Of a stretch of 64,000 nucleotides of DNA, positions 36,591-45,073 are shown in pieces. The stretch is taken from NCBI GenBank assembly GCA_046296435.1, contig JBKBLI010000002.1, forward strand, positions 32,738 to 96,737, read 5' to 3'. Each line of letters opens with the position of its first letter. Position 1 is the stretch's first letter. The position numbers and the translations under genes were made by a program. The DNA comes from Saprospiraceae bacterium. GTDB taxonomy: Bacteria; Bacteroidota; Bacteroidia; Chitinophagales; Saprospiraceae. Under the pieces are notes generated by a model, which was not told the origin of the DNA, did not search any database, and worked only from the letters and a program-made list of their open reading frames with translations.

Positions 36591-38168
36591 CTACTTGCCG
36601 ACGCGCTGCGCCAACACTCCTTTGCGGGCTATGCCTGCGCGACTCAATAGCTGATTGACAGTTTGGGCGCGTTCCTGAGCCGCTTTTTGGCTGAGATAAA
36701 TCTCGTCTATCCATACCACGACGCCCTTGCCACCCGGATCGCTGCAATATTGAGGAGCGGCAAAGGCGCTCAAACCTGCCTTTTGTAATTGCGCAATGCG
36801 CTCGCGGGCAAATTCCATCGACGAAAACGTATTTTCCCGAATGCGCCATCCTCCCTCCCCTTTGAGTCGGGAGCAGGGAGCAGCGGTTGGGGCAGAAGGT
36901 GGCAGGGCGGAATACGTAGAGGCGGGCGTGCGGGTGGCGGGAGCGGGCGAGACGCCTGTAGATTTAGCGATTTCGTCGGGTTCAGGTCTGAATCGCATGG
37001 TATCCAAAGCCGGATTGTAGGCGCGTCTGCCGCCGCTCTGGCTCGTATAATCCGTATAATCTGTATAATCTGTATAATCCGTCACGGCGATTTCCGCATT
37101 TTCGGCGGCCCTCCGGCGCTCCTCCTTTTGGAGCAGATTTTCGTTGCGGGCTGCCGCTTCCGCTTCGGCATCCAGGGTGTCCTTGTGCTCGATGGTTAGG
37201 GCCACCAATACCGAAGTCAGCATGATGGCGCTGAGCGTTACGATTTTCTGCGTAAATTGTCCAGACATGAAACGATTGAAGCGGTCGCCTGCTATGTAGA
37301 TCGAATCCTCCAAATGCAATCCGGAGCGCTTGTACAATGGAGAGAGGACATAATACCATACCGGCCTGGCCATCTTATTCCACAGCGCCCGCGCGCCGGA
37401 AGCGGGCTTTGACGAATAGACATCGCGCATCTTTTTTTCCAAAAAATGATACGCCTGGGTATCTTTGAGCCATTGCGCCGCATCGCGGTCTTTGCCGTAG
37501 ATGCCCATTCGCGAAGGATCCGATACCTTGCGCACCTTCTTTTCGGCATCTACTATAGCCAGCCCAAATCCATGGTATTTGCACTGCTTGACCAACTCCT
37601 GATAGTACGGATCGGCAGGCGACAGGAATACGTCCTCGGCGATCAGCACCCACTGCTCGTCGGCAAAATAGCGCGCAAACTGCTCAATAGCGTATATGTA
37701 GCGGTATTTGGACCAGCCGCCGAGCAAAAAGAGCCACAAAAGTCCGGCCACCATGGCCACCCCAAACAGGAGTCCGGCATTGCCCGCAAAACCCATACCC
37801 GCCAGGCGCCCCGGATCATTCCAATAGTAATAGCCGTAGGCGAAGGCCGCGCTTACAGCGCCAAAAGCGGTGGCATCCCACCACAAATATGGGTGATTGA
37901 CGCGATACTTGACCTCGTCGATCTTGTCTAAGGAAGTGGCTTCGCAGGCGCACAAAAACCCGGCGCCGTCGGGCTTTTCGAACTTGACGAGCACGTCGGC
38001 CACATAGCCCTTGGCGCTTACATTATCAAAGCTATACCCTAATTGGTCTTTGCTAATCGCAAAGCGATTGTGGTAGAATTCTCTCAAAAAAGGGATGGCC
38101 GCCCGCTTCACGTCATCCTCAGTGATGCGCGAAAAACGCCGACCGATATTAGCTTGATCAAGATCCAT
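36591..38168 (-). CDS. Hypothetical multi-pass membrane protein with low-complexity linker and SPOR-like C-terminal domain (525 aa)
   Basis: A cytoplasmic N-domain is followed by TM helices, then a Glu/Ala-rich linker with (DYT)x4. The C-terminal ~90 aa (GWRIRENTFSSMEFARERIAQLQKAGL...VVWIDEIYLSQKAAQERAQ) resemble a SPOR domain. Confidence 0.55.
   Translation of the reverse strand: MDLDQANIGRRFSRITEDDVKRAAIPFLREFYHNRFAISKDQLGYSFDNVSAKGYVADVLVKFEKPDGAGFLCACEATSLDKIDEVKYRVNHPYLWWDATAFGAVSAAFAYGYYYWNDPGRLAGMGFAGNAGLLFGVAMVAGLLWLFLLGGWSKYRYIYAIEQFARYFADEQWVLIAEDVFLSPADPYYQELVKQCKYHGFGLAIVDAEKKVRKVSDPSRMGIYGKDRDAAQWLKDTQAYHFLEKKMRDVYSSKPASGARALWNKMARPVWYYVLSPLYKRSGLHLEDSIYIAGDRFNRFMSGQFTQKIVTLSAIMLTSVLVALTIEHKDTLDAEAEAAARNENLLQKEERRRAAENAEIAVTDYTDYTDYTDYTSQSGGRRAYNPALDTMRFRPEPDEIAKSTGVSPAPATRTPASTYSALPPSAPTAAPCSRLKGEGGWRIRENTFSSMEFARERIAQLQKAGLSAFAAPQYCSDPGGKGVVVWIDEIYLSQKAAQERAQTVNQLLSRAGIARKGVLAQRVGK
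37044..37079. repeat. In-frame 9-nt tandem repeat x4 ([CT]GTATAATC), encoding DYT x4
   Basis: CGTATAATC CGTATAATC TGTATAATC TGTATAATC reads directly from the sequence. It translates as TDYTDYTDYTDYT on the minus strand. Confidence 0.9.
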
Positions 38169-38300
38169 TCATCAAAGCGCTTTCAAAGAGCCGCCTGCCC
38201 GGACGGCATCCCTCCTCATACAACAAAATGATAAACCGCGCGCCCTGTCGCACCCCACAAGCGCGCCGCTAACGCCACACCGACGCGGACAAACGAGGGG

Positions 38301-39293
38301 TCAATCCACCAGAATCTTGCCGGTGTAAACGGCGCCGTCGCCCCAGGCGCGGGCCAAATACAGACCCGTAGCCAGATCGTCTAAGCGAATTTCGAGCAAT
38401 TCGGTTGGCCTATCGAGCCGATGCAAGCCGACCATGCGCCCCGACAAATCGAATATCTGTACGCTGCGGATCGGGTCCCCGACCGGCAATTGCAACCAGA
38501 CCGACGCCTTGGCCGGGTTGGGGAAAATCTGCAAGGGGCGGGCCGCAGGCGGATCGAACACCCCGATGGTCTCGTCAAAAGAGGCTCCGCTGTTGAGGAT
38601 TTCCTTATTGTCCATGTTGCGCACCCAAGCCAGAGCGTATATCTCGTTGGCGTTCCAATTGGAGGCGATGTTGTAGCTAAATGAAAAAGTGTAAACCTGG
38701 CCCGGACTGAGATTGACCGCCTGTCCGTTGACGGTATTGAGCATCTGACGGAACACATTGCGGTGCACGCTCTCGCCGTTGGGCGTCAGTTGATTGATTG
38801 TTTTTTCAGCCACAGCCACAAACAAACGGTAATTTCCGGCGGGCACAGGCGCCTGTACGCTCAACTCGACGGTAACCGTACGCGACATGCCGCTCGTCTC
38901 CAATACGCGAACATGTAGCGGGCTGCTCTGCCCAAGCGCCGCATTGAAGCTCGCCAGCGGAAGCAGGGGATTGCCCGCAGGCAACAAGGCGCCGTTGAGC
39001 GCCACGCGCGGCGTGCCGGCGATGTTGTAGTTGGCAGCCAGCGCGTTGTTTTCGGTAGTATTGGCCTGATAAAAAACACATTGCGGGTAGGGTACCGCCG
39101 GGTGTACGGCCAAGTGATGCACCTGATTGCTCTGCGCGTTGATCGTATTGAAAAAAGCCGGATTCCGACTGGCGCAAATCCCGCAATTCGAGTTGGTGAA
39201 ATGCTCGATCATCACATAGCGCTTGAACGGGCCCTGAGCCGTGAGCTGCCCCGCAAAGGCAATAAACAGAAGGGGGAATAAAAACTTTTTCAT
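38301..39293 (-). CDS. Omp28-related / thioredoxin-like surface protein with T9SS type-A CTD
   Basis: It has a signal peptide. The motif IEHFTNSNCGICASRNP is typical of Omp28-related proteins. The C-terminus (LQIFPNPAKASVWLQL...VQIFDLSGRMV...GLYLARAWGDGAVYTGKILVD) looks like a T9SS CTD. Confidence 0.7.
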   Translation of the reverse strand: MKKFLFPLLFIAFAGQLTAQGPFKRYVMIEHFTNSNCGICASRNPAFFNTINAQSNQVHHLAVHPAVPYPQCVFYQANTTENNALAANYNIAGTPRVALNGALLPAGNPLLPLASFNAALGQSSPLHVRVLETSGMSRTVTVELSVQAPVPAGNYRLFVAVAEKTINQLTPNGESVHRNVFRQMLNTVNGQAVNLSPGQVYTFSFSYNIASNWNANEIYALAWVRNMDNKEILNSGASFDETIGVFDPPAARPLQIFPNPAKASVWLQLPVGDPIRSVQIFDLSGRMVGLHRLDRPTELLEIRLDDLATGLYLARAWGDGAVYTGKILVD

Positions 39294-39316
39294 AAAAAAA
39301 TTTGCGTTGTTTGCGA

Positions 39317-39324
39317 CAAAGATA
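39317..39324 (-). promoter_or_regulatory. Putative -7 box (TAnnTTTG)
   Basis: TATCTTTG on the minus strand lies 23 nt upstream of the ATG at 39293. Confidence 0.45.
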
Positions 39325-39382
39325 AGCAGAAAAACTCTTTCTTGCCCACTTTGTTATATTGACCTACAAAAACAACACGCAA

Positions 39383-39853
39383 ATGTCGCTATACACGCTC
39401 AAGCGGGTGCAACGCCTGCCCATCCCACTCGACCAGGCCTGGGACTTTTTCTCCTCGCCGCGCAACTTACAAACCATCACGCCCGCTTACATGGGCTTCA
39501 AGATTACCTCCGATCCAGAGTTCAATCAAGAAATGTATGCCGGGCAAGTCATCACGTACATCGTCAAACCCGTAATGGGCATACCCCTGAAATGGATGAC
39601 TGAAATCACGCACGTGCAGCCCGGTCGCTTTTTTGTCGATGAGCAGCGCATGGGACCCTACAAACTCTGGCATCACCAACATCATTTCAAAGCCATCGAA
39701 GGCGGCATCGAAATGACCGATCTGGTTCACTACCGCCTGCCGCTCGGCATCCTGGGCGACATCGCGCAGGTTCTGTTTGTTCGCCGCCAATTGGACGAGA
39801 TATTCGACTATCGCTGGCGCAAGTTGGAAGAGCTATTCGGCCCCATGCCCTGA
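39383..39853 (+). CDS. SRPBCC (START/cyclase-dehydrase-like) ligand-binding protein
   Basis: I trimmed the start to the ATG at 39383 (MSLYTLKRVQRLPIPLDQAWDFFSSPRNL). The length and profile are typical of SRPBCC family proteins. Confidence 0.7.
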   Translation: MSLYTLKRVQRLPIPLDQAWDFFSSPRNLQTITPAYMGFKITSDPEFNQEMYAGQVITYIVKPVMGIPLKWMTEITHVQPGRFFVDEQRMGPYKLWHHQHHFKAIEGGIEMTDLVHYRLPLGILGDIAQVLFVRRQLDEIFDYRWRKLEELFGPMP

Positions 39854-39856
39854 CCC

Positions 39857-40585
39857 TCACGCCGCCGGGGACGGGCGTCGGGTCTTGAGCGCGCGCATCG
39901 CTAAAAGATACTGCCTGGCCAAACGCGGGATATTGACCTTGCTCGATCCGGCATCGTCGGTCCAGACCACAGGCAGTTCGCACATCTTGAGACCTTTCCA
40001 CTCGGCTACCGTCAGCAGTTCGGTACTGAAAAACCAACCATCGCTCACCGCTCCACCTTCCATGAGCGGCTGCACCCACTCTCTGCGCAGCCATTTGAAG
40101 CCGCACATCCCGTCCGAAAAGCGCACGCCCAGATAAGCCCGCAAAATCAGATTGAAAGCGCGGGAAGTAACTTCCCGTTTGAGCGTGCGGCCGATCACCT
40201 TAGCCTCGGGATGCAGGCGCGTACCGTAAACCAGATCGCAGCCGCCGGAGACAATCGCCTCATAAGCCTCGACAAAGTGCTTCAGGTCGGTCGCCAGATC
40301 CAGATCCATGTAGCCCACAATATCCGCCTTGCTCTGCGTCCAGGCGTGTTTGAGCGCCAGCCCGACGCCGCGCCGGGGCACGCGCGTCAGCGCCACCTCT
40401 GGCAATCCGGCTGATAACCTCTCAGCGATTTGCGGCGTCTCGTCGGCGCTGCCGTTGTCGGCGATCACAATGCGCCACTGGCCCTCGTCAGGAAAATTTT
40501 TTTTCAAAAAATCATACAAGATAAGCACTTGGCGCTCTAAGGTAGGCGCCTCGTTGAGCACCGGAATGGTCGCTTCAAATGTCAT
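39857..40585 (-). CDS. Glycosyltransferase family 2 (polyprenyl-phosphate sugar synthase-like)
   Basis: It is 242 aa and soluble. The motifs PVLNEAPTL, ADNGSADET and YMDLDLATD (a DxD) resemble Dpm1/ALG5-like GT2 enzymes. Confidence 0.75.
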   Translation of the reverse strand: MTFEATIPVLNEAPTLERQVLILYDFLKKNFPDEGQWRIVIADNGSADETPQIAERLSAGLPEVALTRVPRRGVGLALKHAWTQSKADIVGYMDLDLATDLKHFVEAYEAIVSGGCDLVYGTRLHPEAKVIGRTLKREVTSRAFNLILRAYLGVRFSDGMCGFKWLRREWVQPLMEGGAVSDGWFFSTELLTVAEWKGLKMCELPVVWTDDAGSSKVNIPRLARQYLLAMRALKTRRPSPAA

Positions 40586-40588
40586 GGG

Positions 40589-41722
40589 CTACACAATTTT
40601 TTCAATTTCGTAAATTGAGTTGATTTTTCCGGAAAAAAGACAATAAAATGCTGGCCGCTCGTGCAAACGGGTGATCTCCGTCGGCCTGCTGTCGTCAATA
40701 TGGCTGGCCTTCAGTTTGGTCTTGATCGTAAACCACGAGAATAAATATTGCCACTGTGTCTGATCCGAGAAATAGCGTCGCATCTGCGCCAACATCTTGA
40801 AGGCGTTGGACTCGGGCTTGCGGGCGCACTGATTGCAAATACCCGGAACCTCCGGACGACAGGCCGGATCCCGGTCGGGCTGCATGCAGTCGAAATGAGG
40901 CGTCTCATTGTAACTCACCTTGTGATGGGTATATGCCACCGACGACAACGAAAGCAGCCCGCTCCGCCCAAAGGGCATGATCGAACCAAAGGGGCCGTCC
41001 ATCACCGTCAGTCCCTTGCCGCTCATCTGGGGCGAACTGACAAATGCGATTTCCGATATTTCGTGCATCAAGGCCAGACGCTCCACGCCAAAAATCTGAT
41101 TCACCCCGTTGATGGCCGCATACGTCGCATTGACAGCCGCTCCGGCGTACAACTCCCCCTGCCTCTCCCCCTGAGCATATCGGATCCGCCAGGCATCGCC
41201 CTCAACCTCCACAAAAACCGGTCGAGTCCCAAGAAATAACGAAATGGACGGACACGCAGACACCCGCGCCTGATAGTAACGCTGCAGCAGCACCGGATCA
41301 AAGGAGTGTTCCTCAGTCAAATACAAGGCCTCAATCCGCTCAAAATTGAACAACGGATGCTCCTCAACGCGCCGACAGGTGATGCCCAGGCGCTCGCAAA
41401 AACGCTCAAACTGCGCCCCATCCGTAAACGAACCATAGCGATCTATGGCGTAGTACTTCTCAAACGAATTGTTCACGAAATCGCGGTGCTCAGACGTGAA
41501 GCGGGATTTGTGCTCATCGCTGAGCAGGGCCGTCGCCATACTGCGCGGATAGTGATACCCCCCATGCAACCGAGCCTGATTCACTACCGAAGCCTTCTGA
41601 AACAGGCGATCCTCCTTTTCGAACAAGGCTATCCGGGCGCCTTTACCCGCCAGAAACAGCGCGGCATAGCACCCGAAAATCCCGCCGCCCACCACGGCAA
41701 AATCAAAACGCTGCTTTTCCAT
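40589..41722 (-). CDS. FAD-dependent oxidoreductase (DAO family-like)
   Basis: I trimmed the start to the ATG at 41722 (MEKQRFDFAVVGGGIFGCYAALFLAGKG, a GxGxxG FAD fold). Its stop codon lies 3 nt upstream of the GT2 start, so the two probably form an operon. Confidence 0.75.
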   Translation of the reverse strand: MEKQRFDFAVVGGGIFGCYAALFLAGKGARIALFEKEDRLFQKASVVNQARLHGGYHYPRSMATALLSDEHKSRFTSEHRDFVNNSFEKYYAIDRYGSFTDGAQFERFCERLGITCRRVEEHPLFNFERIEALYLTEEHSFDPVLLQRYYQARVSACPSISLFLGTRPVFVEVEGDAWRIRYAQGERQGELYAGAAVNATYAAINGVNQIFGVERLALMHEISEIAFVSSPQMSGKGLTVMDGPFGSIMPFGRSGLLSLSSVAYTHHKVSYNETPHFDCMQPDRDPACRPEVPGICNQCARKPESNAFKMLAQMRRYFSDQTQWQYLFSWFTIKTKLKASHIDDSRPTEITRLHERPAFYCLFSGKINSIYEIEKIV

Positions 41723-41736
41723 ATAAAAGCCTGACG

Positions 41737-41744
41737 CAAAAATA
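41737..41744 (-). promoter_or_regulatory. Putative -7 box (TAnnTTTG)
   Basis: TATTTTTG on the minus strand lies 14 nt upstream of the ATG at 41722. Confidence 0.4.
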
Positions 41745-41893
41745 CGACAGTGCAACCAAACGCCGCCTAAGACAAGCAATTAAGCGCTTTAGCGACGAAA
41801 AAATAGTCAAATCAGCAAACGCCTATCAGACTATCAGAAAAAAATTCTATTTTTCCGCCCGCATTGTCTATCGCTAATCTAAAACTAAATCCT

Positions 41894-44869
41894 ATGCTTC
41901 ATCCTATAGCCCGTTGTGTCGCGCCGCTCTTCTTCTGGATTACATTGACACCGGCCCTCCTCAGCCAAGATTGCACCGGCCAAATCGCCGAAAACAAAAA
42001 AGTATCCGGACTGCAAATTATTCAGTCCCAACAACTCACCATGGTCGTGCGCAGTAGCTACAGCTACTCTATGGGGTTCGTCCACAACGAAAAAGGTTTA
42101 TATCTGCGCTGCATCTCCGTCGGCGGCATAGAGTTCAATCAGGACGATCAGGTCGAATTCACCGCCAACAGCGGCGAAAAACGCATATACAAATTCATCA
42201 ATATGGACGAACTGCTGCCCGGCAGCGTTCCCACACACCGCAACAATCTGCGTCTGGACCTGGACGCCCTGCGCTGGTTTGCCGAAAATACCATAACGGG
42301 GATCAGTTTCATCAACTTTGTGGACCGCCAAAAATACAAATTCTCATTCAGCCAAGCGCGCCAAGAAGAATTCCGAACGTTAGCGTCTTGTTTTCTGAAA
42401 GCCGCCGACCCGGGCAGCATCGCCGATACGCCGGGAGCCGCCGTCGCCGCTCCGTCGCGCAGCGGCGAAAAACCCGCCGACACCCCTGCAGGCTCAAAAA
42501 CCGAAAAGCCCGCCGCCGCAAGCTCCGACGCCGAATTGACCAAGCTCCGCGCCGACCTCGAGGCGACCAAAGAAAAAGTACGGGCTGAGATAAAGGCCGA
42601 AAAAGACAAGGCCGAAACCATGAAAGCCCAGATCCAGCAAGAAGTAGCCGATGCCCGAGAAGCGGCCAACAAGAAAAAATTAGAGTTCGCCAACGAAGTC
42701 GTAGAAGCCCGCAAAGCCAGCTTGGCCCAAATCGAACAAGCGCAAGCCGAAGCCAAAGCCGCCATAGCAGCCGGACGCAGCCGGGCCGACTCCACACTCA
42801 GCAACATCAGCCAAAGCATCGAACAAGCCCGCAAATTGGCTGCAGAAGAAGTCCAAAAGGCCAGACTCGCCGCCGCAGAAGAAGTCCAAAAAGCCCGCGA
42901 AAATGCAGCCAAAGAAGTAGCCGCCATCAAAGAACGACTTAACGAAGCCAAACGACAGTACAACGACGAAGTCGCCAGCGCCCGCGAAAACGCGCAGGAC
43001 GAACTCAAACGCATCCGCGAAGAAAGCGCCCGACTCGTAGCCGAAGCCAGAGAGCGCGCCAAAAACGAAAAAAACAAAACAGCCGAAGACGTAGCCGAGA
43101 GCAAAAAAACAGCCGCCGAACAAATCCTCAAAGTGCGTGAGGACGCCGCCGACGAAATCGCCAAAATCAAAGAAAACAACGCCCTCGAAAAACAAAAACA
43201 AGCCCTCGAATTGGCCGAAACCCGCCGAAAAACCGCCGAGGAAAAAGCCCTCGTACAACAAAATAGCGCCGCAGAAATCGCCGAAATACGCGAAAACGTA
43301 GCGCGCGAAAAAGAAGCCGCCGCCGCCGCAGTCGCCGACGCACGCCGCCGCGCCGCCGACGAAATCGAACGCAGTCGCTCCGATGTCCGCGCCGAAGAAC
43401 GCAAAGCCCAAGAGGAAAAAACCAAAATAGCGGAAGGCGTAGTCGAAAGCCGCAAACTGGCCGCCCAAACCGTGCAAAGCATCCAGGAAGAAAGCGCCAA
43501 AGCCATCAAAGAGGCCCAAGCCCGCGCCCAAACCGAGCGCGACTCCATCGCTGCACAGGTACTCCAGGCGCGCCGACGGGCCGACGAAGAAATGACCAAA
43601 ATCCAAAACAACCTGCAAAAAGCCCTGGCTGAAGCCAAAGAGCAAGAAGAAAAAGCCAAGCGCCAATCCGCCGAAGAAGTGCAGCGCGCACGCGAAACCG
43701 CCCGCGCAGAAGTGCAAAAAGCCCAGGAAGAAGCCAAAGCCAAAATTGCGGAAACCAACGCCAAGGTCGATGGCGCGCAAAAAACCTACGCAGAAGAAGT
43801 CGCCGCCTCGAAAAAAACTGCCGACGAACGCATAGCCGCCATCCAAGCCGAGGCTGCCAGAGAAATCGCCGAGGCCAAACGAAAAAAAGAAGACCTCACC
43901 GCAGCCACCGCCTCAGAGGTCGTCACCTCCCGCGAAAAAGCAGCGGCTGAAATCGCCGCCGCACGCGAAAAAGCCGCGCGGGAAGTAGCTGAAGCCCGCG
44001 AAAAAGCCGCTCTGGCACAGCAAGACGCCGCCAACGCCATATCTGAGGCCAAACGCCAAAGCGCCCAGTCTTTAGCCGCCATCAAAAATGCCGAGGCCGA
44101 CAGCATTCGCGTCGCCAAAGAACGCAGCGCAGCCGAACGGCAACGCATCAACGACGAAGTAGCCGCCGCACGCGAAAAAGCCGCTCAGGAAGTAGCCCAA
44201 TCCCGCCAAAAAGCCGCCGAAGAAATCAAAGTAGCCCAGGAAAACGCCGCCAAAGCCAAGCGTGAAAATGCCGAACAAATCGCCGCCTCGCGCGAGGAAG
44301 CCGCCAAACTGGTGGTCGAAACCCGCGAACGCGCCGCCAAAGAGGTCGAGCAAAACAAGCGGCAAGCCCTCGAGGTCATCACCCAGGCACAAAAAGAAGC
44401 CAACGAACGCAAAACTGAACTGGCCAACGAAGTGGCTCAGGCCCGCGAACGCGCCGCCGCCGAAGTCAAAGAAGCCCGCGAACAAGCCGCCGCCACCGTA
44501 GCCCAAGCCCGCAACGACGCCGACGAAAAACGCCGCCAATACGCCCGCGAGACGGAAGAGGCACGCAAAAAATCGCTCGAAGAAATCCAAGCCGCCCAAA
44601 AAGAATCCACCGAACTGGTCTATAAAGCCAAACAAGACGCGGCAGCCAACGTACAACTCACCCGCGAAAACGAAGCCAAAGCCATAGCAGCCGCCAAAGC
44701 CGAAGCCGCCGAGGCCATCGCCGACGAAAAACGCAAAATCGAGGAAGCCCAGCAAACTTTGGTGAATCTGCAAAAGCAAATCGAACGCCAAAACGCTAAA
44801 GCCGAACAACTCAAGGCCGAAATCGAACGCTTAGAAAAGGAGGCCGCCGCTAAAACCAAAAAAGACTAA
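41894..44869 (+). CDS. Secreted protein with a ~190-aa N-terminal globular domain followed by ~780 aa of Ala/Glu/Lys/Arg-rich 11-residue repeats
   Basis: I trimmed the start to the ATG at 41894 (MLHPIARCVAPLFFWITLTPALLSQDC, signal-like). The remainder is continuous predicted helix with an 11-aa periodicity. I recognise no family. Confidence 0.7.
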   Translation: MLHPIARCVAPLFFWITLTPALLSQDCTGQIAENKKVSGLQIIQSQQLTMVVRSSYSYSMGFVHNEKGLYLRCISVGGIEFNQDDQVEFTANSGEKRIYKFINMDELLPGSVPTHRNNLRLDLDALRWFAENTITGISFINFVDRQKYKFSFSQARQEEFRTLASCFLKAADPGSIADTPGAAVAAPSRSGEKPADTPAGSKTEKPAAASSDAELTKLRADLEATKEKVRAEIKAEKDKAETMKAQIQQEVADAREAANKKKLEFANEVVEARKASLAQIEQAQAEAKAAIAAGRSRADSTLSNISQSIEQARKLAAEEVQKARLAAAEEVQKARENAAKEVAAIKERLNEAKRQYNDEVASARENAQDELKRIREESARLVAEARERAKNEKNKTAEDVAESKKTAAEQILKVREDAADEIAKIKENNALEKQKQALELAETRRKTAEEKALVQQNSAAEIAEIRENVAREKEAAAAAVADARRRAADEIERSRSDVRAEERKAQEEKTKIAEGVVESRKLAAQTVQSIQEESAKAIKEAQARAQTERDSIAAQVLQARRRADEEMTKIQNNLQKALAEAKEQEEKAKRQSAEEVQRARETARAEVQKAQEEAKAKIAETNAKVDGAQKTYAEEVAASKKTADERIAAIQAEAAREIAEAKRKKEDLTAATASEVVTSREKAAAEIAAAREKAAREVAEAREKAALAQQDAANAISEAKRQSAQSLAAIKNAEADSIRVAKERSAAERQRINDEVAAAREKAAQEVAQSRQKAAEEIKVAQENAAKAKRENAEQIAASREEAAKLVVETRERAAKEVEQNKRQALEVITQAQKEANERKTELANEVAQARERAAAEVKEAREQAAATVAQARNDADEKRRQYARETEEARKKSLEEIQAAQKESTELVYKAKQDAAANVQLTRENEAKAIAAAKAEAAEAIADEKRKIEEAQQTLVNLQKQIERQNAKAEQLKAEIERLEKEAAAKTKKD
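42527..44866 (+). repeat. Hendecad (11-aa / 33-nt) repeat region of the 41894..44869 gene
   Basis: One example is EVVTSREKAAA / EIAAAREKAAR / EVAEAREKAAL, with CGCGAAAAAGC recurring at 43931, 43964 and 43997 (33-nt spacing). Similar triplets are EEVQKARLAAA / EEVQKARENAA / KEVAAIKERLN and EVAQARERAAA / EVKEAREQAAA / TVAQARNDADE. Confidence 0.75.
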
Positions 44870-45073
44870 TCCGGTCCAACCGACCCATATCGCGCGCCCA
44901 CAAGCTCAAACGGCGCCTCCAGAGCGGCGCCCGACAAGATACACGCCCGCAGAGCGCAGACCTTGCCCGTCAGAAAAAACGTCCGTGGGGTGGCTGGAGA
45001 AGCGCGCAGGCTTGCGCCGCGCCCTTGCGCGCCTGGCAGCCTCGCGCCTCACCGGTCCCAACGCCCCTCGGGC

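Noticed and set aside
42148-43846. Minus-strand ORFs of 538 and 388 aa (and 245 aa at 44072..44809) opposite the hendecad-repeat gene.
   Set aside because: The plus-strand GAA/GCC/AAA codon bias removes stop codons from the antisense frames. The products are Ser/Ala/Phe/Leu/Gly-rich homopolymer-like strings. The plus-strand frame has a signal peptide and a coherent repeat structure.
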